Positions 1 through 5,700 of a DNA stretch of 8,828 nucleotides are shown in pieces. A program made the position numbers and the translations under genes. This stretch comes from Naegleria gruberi (lineage: Eukaryota). Numbering within the stretch: the first letter of the stretch is position 1; each line of letters begins with the position of its first letter. Under the pieces are notes generated by a model. That model did not search any database. It saw only the letters and a program-made list of their open reading frames with translations, and was not told the DNA's origin. The DNA lies in the NCBI GenBank assembly GCA_000004985.1, contig GG739054.1; one strand, given 5' to 3'.

Positions 1-7
1 ATTTCAG

Positions 8-184
8 TCATTGACTACTTTGTGGAGTATTCTCTTCATGGTTTATATTAATGTGTTGCAATTGTGTACTCCTCTAGCTCCGTCAATTATTTTGTGGACA
101 GATTTTGTATTTTTGATTATTGCCTTTGTACTCATTGTTTCTTTCAAGGGTAACTTTAGTCCTGTCTTGGTGAATAGTAAATAA
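8..184 (+). CDS. Partial 3'-terminal coding exon of an upstream gene, probably a small membrane protein; the 5' part lies off-window.
   Basis: The window opens with 'atttcag', a UUUCAG-type 3' splice site. Positions 8-181 are then open for 58 codons (SLTTLWSILFMVYINVLQLCTPLAPSIILWTDFVFLIIAFVLIVSFKGNFSPVLVNSK) and end at TAA 182-184, which is embedded in AATAAA 180-185. The translation is strongly hydrophobic and TM-like. The supplied ORF track omits it because it has no ATG. Confidence 0.35.
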   Translation, partial: SLTTLWSILFMVYINVLQLCTPLAPSIILWTDFVFLIIAFVLIVSFKGNFSPVLVNSK

Positions 185-185
185 A
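180..185 (+). promoter_or_regulatory. AATAAA poly(A) signal overlapping the stop codon of the 8-184 exon.
   Basis: 'agtaAATAAAattg'. The stop TAA at 182-184 sits inside the hexamer. Confidence 0.4.
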
Positions 186-412
186 ATTGAAGACCAATCT
201 TTCAGGAACCACAAAAGTTACCGTTACGAATGTTGATGATTTTTTTTAAAAATTTAGAAAAAAAATAAAATATTCTTTAACGAATTACACGTTGATATTT
301 TCCTTCAGGTACATTCAACAGATTTATCTTCAAGGTGTTGAAGTGGGGAATGATACTATGAAACAACAAGTGTGAATTATGTAAAGGCTGATTTCCTTCA
401 ACATGGTGAAAG

Positions 413-418
413 TTTATT
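413..418 (-). promoter_or_regulatory. AATAAA poly(A) signal (minus strand) overlapping the stop codon of the 414-1110 gene.
   Basis: Minus-strand 'caagAATAAActttc'. The stop TAA lies inside the hexamer. Confidence 0.4.
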
Positions 419-553
419 CTTGCTGTTGTTGGTCATCCTCTTCGAAGAGTAATTCATCTTGATCAGCTTCGTTCATATCTTCCAAGGCAAATTCGTACCT
501 TTCCAAATCTCTCTTGAGTTGGGTAGAGTTGAATCCATGAACCATTCCACATC
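414..553 (-). CDS. Exon 2 (3'-terminal) of the CxxC...CxxC zinc-binding (Yippee/Mis18-like) protein gene. It encodes ...G-CGMVHGFNSTQLKRDLERYEFALEDMNEADQDELLFEEDDQQQQE*.
   Basis: On the minus strand this is the only open frame after a 70-bp intron at 554-623 (donor G|GTAAGT, acceptor ttaaaAG|). Splicing joins 'CVG' to 'CGM', which recreates a second C-x2-C motif about 46 residues after the 'CAHC' motif. Stop TAA is at 414-416 and lies within AATAAA (413-418, minus). The C-terminus is an acidic tail. Confidence 0.6.
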
Positions 554-623
554 CTTTTAATCATCATCATAAGATATCATCAAATAATAATATTACATTC
601 CAGTGATGAAGAAGAAAACTTAC

Positions 624-1110
624 CAACACAAACATGGAGAGAAACTCCATCACCATCTGTTAATGCTGTCAGCTGTGGAGTTTGACCAGAGACTGTTCTA
701 CCATTTGGAAACTCCAAATACATGCCATCACTGTTACCATTACAAACAAAGATGAATTCGGAGCCACCACAGTGAGCACAGGTCTTGTCGGATGATGTTT
801 TGGCTGATTTTGCTTCTGTTTCGTCCGAGTCTTCACCTAAAGTGGTGGTGTTTTGATTTCTCTTTCTCTTCTTGAAAGTTTCCACATAGTCTACTGGAAT
901 AATCTTTAATGATTCATTCCTGATGGTTGAATAAATATTGGAAACACTCAGTAAATCACAATGATTGTACAGAGAGACATCATTCAGAAAATCCTTCTTT
1001 TCCAAATTGTATCTATCACAAATTCTTTCATAATTCTTGTGAATCTTTTCCAAGTCTGACTTGTAATAGTTTTTGATTAAATGTTGAAGACGAGTAGGAT
1101 CGTGAGGCAT
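624..1110 (-). CDS. Exon 1 of the CxxC...CxxC zinc-binding protein gene (MPHDPTRLQHLIKNYYKSDLEK...TCAHCGGSEFIFVCNGNSDGMYLEFPNGRTVSGQTPQLTALTDGDGVSLHVCVG).
   Basis: ATG is at 1108-1110 on the minus strand, with an A-rich pre-ATG context (acaaaATG). The frame is open for 162 codons down to a consensus 5' splice site (G|GTAAGTTTT) at 623. 'SCAHC...(46 aa)...CVGCG' resembles the two zinc knuckles of Yippee/Mis18-type domains, and the downstream 'YEFALED' recalls Yippee 'YEFATED'. The full spliced product is about 208 aa. Confidence 0.65.
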
Positions 1111-1343
1111 TTTGTTTTGTTACGTAATCAAAAGTTACTACTGTGTCCCGTTGCTTAATTTGGAAGCATCTTTTGAGGCAGGACCATTTGAATTTGGAAG
1201 TACATTCGAGGCACAAAGTAGCATTGGTCGGTTAAACTTTGCACATTCATGGATTAATTGTTTCACAAAAATCCAGTATTAAAATATAAGCAATTATTGT
1301 TCTTGAGATGTTCATTTCATTCCAAATGAACGTGAAGCGTCGA

Positions 1344-1354
1344 TGGTTTAGTGG
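1344..1354 (+). promoter_or_regulatory. Pol III A box (TGGTTTAGTGG) of the tRNA-Gly gene. The B box (GGTTCAATTCC) is split by the insertion; only GGTTCAATTgt remains contiguous at 1386-1396.
   Basis: Matches the TRGYNNARNGG A-box consensus at tRNA positions 8-18. B-box positions 61-62 (CC) are displaced about 316 bp downstream. Confidence 0.6.
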
Positions 1355-1387
1355 TAGAATACGGCGTTGCCATCGCCGTGACCCGGG

Positions 1388-1394
1388 TTCAATT
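1388..1394 (+). repeat. Left copy of the 7-bp target-site duplication (TTCAATT).
   Basis: Identical to 1704-1710. Both copies correspond to the tRNA T-loop. Confidence 0.6.
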
Positions 1395-1446
1395 GTATGT
1401 TTGAATGTTCCATATATAGTAAACCGTCTCCCGTTACCCAATTTCA

Positions 1447-1460
1447 TTTTTTTAAAAAAA
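1447..1460 (+). terminator. Internal T7 run (1447-1453) followed by A7 (1454-1460) inside the insertion. It is a potential premature pol III terminator for transcripts started at the disrupted tRNA promoter.
   Basis: 'tttttttaaaaaaa'. A run of four or more T residues on the coding strand terminates pol III. The run lies about 110 nt downstream of tRNA position +1. Confidence 0.35.
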
Positions 1461-1506
1461 TTAAAAAATTTTAAATGCGTCGACCAGTTTATAACACACA
1501 TACAAC

Positions 1507-1540
1507 ATTCCCAAAAAGGAAAAGCGACTCCCGGTATCAA
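1507..1540 (+). repeat. Internal copy ('unit A') of the element-3'-end/tRNA junction motif ATTCCYAAAAAGGAA-N7-TCCCGGT. The second copy ('unit B') is at 1688-1717.
   Basis: 1507-1521 attcccaaaaaggaa vs 1688-1702 attcctaaaaaggaa (14/15 identical). After a 7-nt divergent spacer, 1529-1535 tcccggt vs 1711-1717 tcccggt (7/7). Both are followed by TTAAT-containing AT-rich sequence, and each is near a taaatattaaata-like motif. Confidence 0.5.
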
Positions 1541-1703
1541 ATAATTAATATTAAATACATTTATTGTTGTTGTTCTTGAATGGTACCTTTCCAAATATGG
1601 TGAATCGACTCACGGGTACCCTACTTCAACACATTTACACGTTGTTCATTATTCAATATTGTAAACTATTTAAATATTAAATATAATATTCCTAAAAAGG
1701 AAT

Positions 1704-1710
1704 TTCAATT
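1704..1710 (+). repeat. Right copy of the 7-bp target-site duplication (TTCAATT).
   Basis: Identical to 1388-1394 and directly followed by the tRNA T-stem 3' half, CCCGG. Confidence 0.6.
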
Positions 1711-1736
1711 CCCGGTCGACGCAGTCATAACATTAA

Positions 1737-1741
1737 TTTTT
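1737..1741 (+). terminator. Pol III terminator (T5) of the original tRNA-Gly gene.
   Basis: 'ttttt' lies 14 nt after discriminator A1723. Confidence 0.6.
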
Positions 1742-1842
1742 AATCATCATAACAATTGAGTCACTCATTGTTTCAAATTGTAACCTAGGCATACCATTAT
1801 ACAATATTCTCAATTTTTGAATTTTAATAATTTATATTGAGC

Positions 1843-1852
1843 TATATATAAA
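1843..1852 (+). promoter_or_regulatory. Candidate TATA box (TATATATAAA) about 60-70 bp upstream of the ATG at 1914.
   Basis: Sequence motif only; the spacing is compatible with a short 5' UTR. Confidence 0.25.
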
Positions 1853-1913
1853 TCAAAGTTTGTACCTCATTTTTTTTAAATGCCTCAAACCCGATGAACT
1901 TTTCTAAAAAAAA

Positions 1914-2011
1914 ATGAAACGAGAACTTTTTACTTCCTTACCTCCAGAAATTCTTCTCTTGATAATGAAGTTTATTAGGAATGATCAAGATGATGATTTG
2001 GATATTCTTGG
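1914..2011 (+). CDS. Candidate exon 1 of an F-box / Rab-like gene (MKRELFTSLPPEILLLIMKFIRNDQDDDLDILG...). The 3' boundary is uncertain: the donor could be at 2012 (GG|GTATCA) or at 2027 (AT|GTTTAA).
   Basis: ATG is in an A-rich context (aaaaaaaaATGaaa). 'LPPEILLLIMKFI' is a typical F-box core (LPxEIL..I..F.). The continuous frame stops at 2094-2096. To reach the long downstream frame a GT-AG intron must end at AG 2114-2115. Donors at 1970, 2012 or 2027 all satisfy the phase; 2012 keeps most of the F-box. Confidence 0.4.
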
Positions 2012-2115
2012 GTATCATTGGGATATGTTTAATATGCAATGCATATGCAGGATCTTGATGATTATTTTGATGAGTTTTGGTGGAATTATTTCATGATGAA
2101 ATTTAAATTGTTTAG

Positions 2116-2507
2116 ATATGAATGTGATGTGGACAAGGAATTGGACATGGAAACCTGGAAAGATGTACAGAATTTGAAACAGAAAAAGGAAATGAAGGAT
2201 ACACTCTATTTCAGACAACACCATCATGAGTTTGAAGCAATTTACAAAATTCTTTCCAATCCAAAGGTTTCAATGCGAAGAAAAGTTTTAATTTCGTGCA
2301 TGAAGAGAAAATTAAGGATGAAATCCAAACCAGAAAAGGAAATGTTTGCTCTTCTTTTGGGAATTGACAATGTTGGAAAGAGGTGTATTGTGAGGCGAGT
2401 TGCTGATGGATTATTTGATAGATCGCCTAATAGGAAGATATTGTCTTCAAGGAGGATAAAATTAGAGATTGATGGTGTAGAATTGACTATTAGAGTTAAA
2501 GAACTAG
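2116..2507 (+). CDS. Exon 2 of the F-box / Rab-like gene: a linker plus the N-terminal half of a Ras/Rab-like GTPase domain (...EMFALLLGIDNVGKRCIVRRVADGLFDRSPNRKILSSRRIKLEIDGVELTIRVKEL).
   Basis: The frame is open from 2033 to 2518; the acceptor is 'ttgtttAG|' at 2115. It aligns with the Rab core KLLLIGDSGVGKS.LL.RF..D.F......TIGVDF..K.I..DG...KLQIWDTAGQE. Here the equivalent is LLLGIDNVGKRCIVRRVAD..F...IKLEIDGVELTIRVKEL. The P-loop ends GKR rather than GK[S/T], and WDTAGQ is replaced by VKELD. 'AG|GTACGA' at 2508 is a donor placed just before an in-frame TAA at 2519. Confidence 0.55.
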
Positions 2508-2558
2508 GTACGAAAATATAATTTGAATGTAATTTTAACATTCTAATAATGGAAAAAG

Positions 2559-2724
2559 ATTATTATGAAGTGCAAGACGAAAAGGAAAAAAGAGAAGAAG
2601 AAGTTAGGAAAATGTGTACGGAACAGTCGTGTTTCGTGCTTGTTTGTAGCTTGGATCAAAAGGATTCAGTCCAAAGTTTAAACAAGATTCTTTGTGATAT
2701 AATTCGTTTTAAAAAACGAAACTC
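2559..2724 (+). CDS. Exon 3 of the F-box / Rab-like gene (...YYEVQDEKEKREEEVRKMCTEQSCFVLVCSLDQKDSVQSLNKILCDIIRFKKRN...). It is truncated by the assembly gap.
   Basis: A 51-bp intron at 2508-2558 (GTACGA...aaaaAG) restores the frame across the stop at 2519-2521. 'CFVLVCSLDQKDSVQSLNKILCDIIRF' aligns with the Rab '[27 protein letters not shown]' segment (beta4-alpha3). The G4 and G5 motifs would lie in the gap. The exact acceptor is uncertain (first AG is 2557-2558; alternatives are 2570 and 2576). Confidence 0.45.
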
Positions 2725-5700
2725 NNNNNNNNNNNNNNNNNNNNNNNNNNNNNNNNNNNNNNNNNNNNNNNNNNNNNNNNNNNNNNNNNNNNNNNNNNNN
2801 NNNNNNNNNNNNNNNNNNNNNNNNNNNNNNNNNNNNNNNNNNNNNNNNNNNNNNNNNNNNNNNNNNNNNNNNNNNNNNNNNNNNNNNNNNNNNNNNNNNN
2901 NNNNNNNNNNNNNNNNNNNNNNNNNNNNNNNNNNNNNNNNNNNNNNNNNNNNNNNNNNNNNNNNNNNNNNNNNNNNNNNNNNNNNNNNNNNNNNNNNNNN
3001 NNNNNNNNNNNNNNNNNNNNNNNNNNNNNNNNNNNNNNNNNNNNNNNNNNNNNNNNNNNNNNNNNNNNNNNNNNNNNNNNNNNNNNNNNNNNNNNNNNNN
3101 NNNNNNNNNNNNNNNNNNNNNNNNNNNNNNNNNNNNNNNNNNNNNNNNNNNNNNNNNNNNNNNNNNNNNNNNNNNNNNNNNNNNNNNNNNNNNNNNNNNN
3201 NNNNNNNNNNNNNNNNNNNNNNNNNNNNNNNNNNNNNNNNNNNNNNNNNNNNNNNNNNNNNNNNNNNNNNNNNNNNNNNNNNNNNNNNNNNNNNNNNNNN
3301 NNNNNNNNNNNNNNNNNNNNNNNNNNNNNNNNNNNNNNNNNNNNNNNNNNNNNNNNNNNNNNNNNNNNNNNNNNNNNNNNNNNNNNNNNNNNNNNNNNNN
3401 NNNNNNNNNNNNNNNNNNNNNNNNNNNNNNNNNNNNNNNNNNNNNNNNNNNNNNNNNNNNNNNNNNNNNNNNNNNNNNNNNNNNNNNNNNNNNNNNNNNN
3501 NNNNNNNNNNNNNNNNNNNNNNNNNNNNNNNNNNNNNNNNNNNNNNNNNNNNNNNNNNNNNNNNNNNNNNNNNNNNNNNNNNNNNNNNNNNNNNNNNNNN
3601 NNNNNNNNNNNNNNNNNNNNNNNNNNNNNNNNNNNNNNNNNNNNNNNNNNNNNNNNNNNNNNNNNNNNNNNNNNNNNNNNNNNNNNNNNNNNNNNNNNNN
3701 NNNNNNNNNNNNNNNNNNNNNNNNNNNNNNNNNNNNNNNNNNNNNNNNNNNNNNNNNNNNNNNNNNNNNNNNNNNNNNNNNNNNNNNNNNNNNNNNNNNN
3801 NNNNNNNNNNNNNNNNNNNNNNNNNNNNNNNNNNNNNNNNNNNNNNNNNNNNNNNNNNNNNNNNNNNNNNNNNNNNNNNNNNNNNNNNNNNNNNNNNNNN
3901 NNNNNNNNNNNNNNNNNNNNNNNNNNNNNNNNNNNNNNNNNNNNNNNNNNNNNNNNNNNNNNNNNNNNNNNNNNNNNNNNNNNNNNNNNNNNNNNNNNNN
4001 NNNNNNNNNNNNNNNNNNNNNNNNNNNNNNNNNNNNNNNNNNNNNNNNNNNNNNNNNNNNNNNNNNNNNNNNNNNNNNNNNNNNNNNNNNNNNNNNNNNN
4101 NNNNNNNNNNNNNNNNNNNNNNNNNNNNNNNNNNNNNNNNNNNNNNNNNNNNNNNNNNNNNNNNNNNNNNNNNNNNNNNNNNNNNNNNNNNNNNNNNNNN
4201 NNNNNNNNNNNNNNNNNNNNNNNNNNNNNNNNNNNNNNNNNNNNNNNNNNNNNNNNNNNNNNNNNNNNNNNNNNNNNNNNNNNNNNNNNNNNNNNNNNNN
4301 NNNNNNNNNNNNNNNNNNNNNNNNNNNNNNNNNNNNNNNNNNNNNNNNNNNNNNNNNNNNNNNNNNNNNNNNNNNNNNNNNNNNNNNNNNNNNNNNNNNN
4401 NNNNNNNNNNNNNNNNNNNNNNNNNNNNNNNNNNNNNNNNNNNNNNNNNNNNNNNNNNNNNNNNNNNNNNNNNNNNNNNNNNNNNNNNNNNNNNNNNNNN
4501 NNNNNNNNNNNNNNNNNNNNNNNNNNNNNNNNNNNNNNNNNNNNNNNNNNNNNNNNNNNNNNNNNNNNNNNNNNNNNNNNNNNNNNNNNNNNNNNNNNNN
4601 NNNNNNNNNNNNNNNNNNNNNNNNNNNNNNNNNNNNNNNNNNNNNNNNNNNNNNNNNNNNNNNNNNNNNNNNNNNNNNNNNNNNNNNNNNNNNNNNNNNN
4701 NNNNNNNNNNNNNNNNNNNNNNNNNNNNNNNNNNNNNNNNNNNNNNNNNNNNNNNNNNNNNNNNNNNNNNNNNNNNNNNNNNNNNNNNNNNNNNNNNNNN
4801 NNNNNNNNNNNNNNNNNNNNNNNNNNNNNNNNNNNNNNNNNNNNNNNNNNNNNNNNNNNNNNNNNNNNNNNNNNNNNNNNNNNNNNNNNNNNNNNNNNNN
4901 NNNNNNNNNNNNNNNNNNNNNNNNNNNNNNNNNNNNNNNNNNNNNNNNNNNNNNNNNNNNNNNNNNNNNNNNNNNNNNNNNNNNNNNNNNNNNNNNNNNN
5001 NNNNNNNNNNNNNNNNNNNNNNNNNNNNNNNNNNNNNNNNNNNNNNNNNNNNNNNNNNNNNNNNNNNNNNNNNNNNNNNNNNNNNNNNNNNNNNNNNNNN
5101 NNNNNNNNNNNNNNNNNNNNNNNNNNNNNNNNNNNNNNNNNNNNNNNNNNNNNNNNNNNNNNNNNNNNNNNNNNNNNNNNNNNNNNNNNNNNNNNNNNNN
5201 NNNNNNNNNNNNNNNNNNNNNNNNNNNNNNNNNNNNNNNNNNNNNNNNNNNNNNNNNNNNNNNNNNNNNNNNNNNNNNNNNNNNNNNNNNNNNNNNNNNN
5301 NNNNNNNNNNNNNNNNNNNNNNNNNNNNNNNNNNNNNNNNNNNNNNNNNNNNNNNNNNNNNNNNNNNNNNNNNNNNNNNNNNNNNNNNNNNNNNNNNNNN
5401 NNNNNNNNNNNNNNNNNNNNNNNNNNNNNNNNNNNNNNNNNNNNNNNNNNNNNNNNNNNNNNNNNNNNNNNNNNNNNNNNNNNNNNNNNNNNNNNNNNNN
5501 NNNNNNNNNNNNNNNNNNNNNNNNNNNNNNNNNNNNNNNNNNNNNNNNNNNNNNNNNNNNNNNNNNNNNNNNNNNNNNNNNNNNNNNNNNNNNNNNNNNN
5601 NNNNNNNNNNNNNNNNNNNNNNNNNNNNNNNNNNNNNNNNNNNNNNNNNNNNNNNNNNNNNNNNNNNNNNNNNNNNNNNNNNNNNNNNNNNNNNNNNNNN

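Larger units (their letters stand above)
1395..1703 (+). mobile_element. Non-autonomous insertion of about 309 bp inside the tRNA-Gly T-loop, with no ORF. It is an unclassified MITE/SINE-like element, AT-rich, with an internal T7A7 tract and a 3' A-rich end (...cctaaaaaggaat).
   Basis: It is bounded by a perfect 7-bp direct repeat, TTCAATT, at 1388-1394 and 1704-1710. That repeat corresponds to tRNA T-loop positions 54-60, so it is a target-site duplication. Excision plus one repeat copy gives an intact tRNA. A short imperfect inverted repeat lies near the ends (1401-1411 ttgaatgttcc / 1699-1708 ggaatttcaa). No coding capacity is present. Confidence 0.6.
1337..1723 (+). pseudogene. tRNA-Gly(GCC): tRNA-Gly(GCC) gene interrupted between tRNA positions 60 and 61 (T-loop) by a ~309-bp insertion. 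The 5' portion is at 1337-1394 and the 3' portion at 1711-1723.
   Basis: 5' part: GCGTCGA-TG-GTTT-AGTGGTA-GAAT-A-CGGCG-TTGCCAT-CGCCG-TGAC-CCGGG-TTCAATT. This has a canonical D-arm/A box, U33, anticodon GCC at 1369-1371 and A37. 3' part at 1711-1723: CCCGG-TCGACGC-A. It pairs perfectly with the T-stem 5' half (CCGGG) and with acceptor positions 1-7 (7/7 Watson-Crick), and has discriminator A73, which is typical of eukaryotic tRNA-Gly. A T5 pol III terminator follows 14 nt downstream (1737-1741). Deleting 1395-1710 restores a perfect 72-nt cloverleaf. Confidence 0.8.

Noticed and set aside
297-374. Strong-looking 3' splice site 'atattttccttcag|GT' at about 297-308 followed by a short ORF (YIQQIYLQGVEVGNDTMKQQV*).
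   Set aside because: The downstream frame is only about 21 codons in any phase. It lies in the roughly 230-bp spacer between two convergent gene ends. It could be an alternative terminal exon of the upstream gene, but nothing in the sequence supports that over chance.
1028-1216. 62-aa minus-strand ORF overlapping the 5' end of the 414-1110 gene.
   Set aside because: It is an out-of-frame overlap with the longer, motif-bearing ORF that starts at 1110. Its composition is unremarkable.
1247-1594. 115-aa minus-strand ORF and 78-aa plus-strand ORF (1308-1544) overlapping the tRNA locus.
   Set aside because: They overlap a structurally perfect tRNA-Gly 5' segment and an AT-rich non-coding insertion. 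There is no domain similarity and the composition is low-complexity. These are chance ORFs.
1401-1708. Alternative model in which the insertion is bounded by the inverted repeats TTGAAtgTTCC / GGAAtTTCAA instead of a 7-bp TSD.
   Set aside because: Excising 1401-1708 does not regenerate an intact tRNA (it leaves gtatgt and loses a C). The TTCAATT-TSD model regenerates it perfectly. The short inverted repeat is also partly explained by the intrinsic TTCAA/TTGAA self-complementarity around the T-loop.
1395-1710. Non-canonical tRNA intron, permuted tRNA gene or split tRNA gene, as in some red algae or archaea.
   Set aside because: The flanks are a perfect 7-nt direct duplication of T-loop sequence. 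This is characteristic of transposon target-site duplication and not of BHB-type intron boundaries. The gene is not permuted. The insert is AT-rich with internal T-runs that would terminate pol III before the 3' exon.
2039-2115. ATG at 2039 as the translation start of the Rab-like ORF (start of track ORF 2039..2521).
   Set aside because: This is possible. However, the segment 2033-2115 lies between a strong F-box-encoding exon and a phase-compatible acceptor at 2115. It is more parsimoniously intronic. It is kept as an explicit alternative in the findings.
2015-2541. Minus-strand ORFs 2015..2227 (70 aa) and 2242..2541 (99 aa).
   Set aside because: They lie antisense to the well-supported Rab-like coding frame. 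They are Leu/Ile/Phe-rich, as expected from the reverse complement of AT-rich coding sequence. No motifs.
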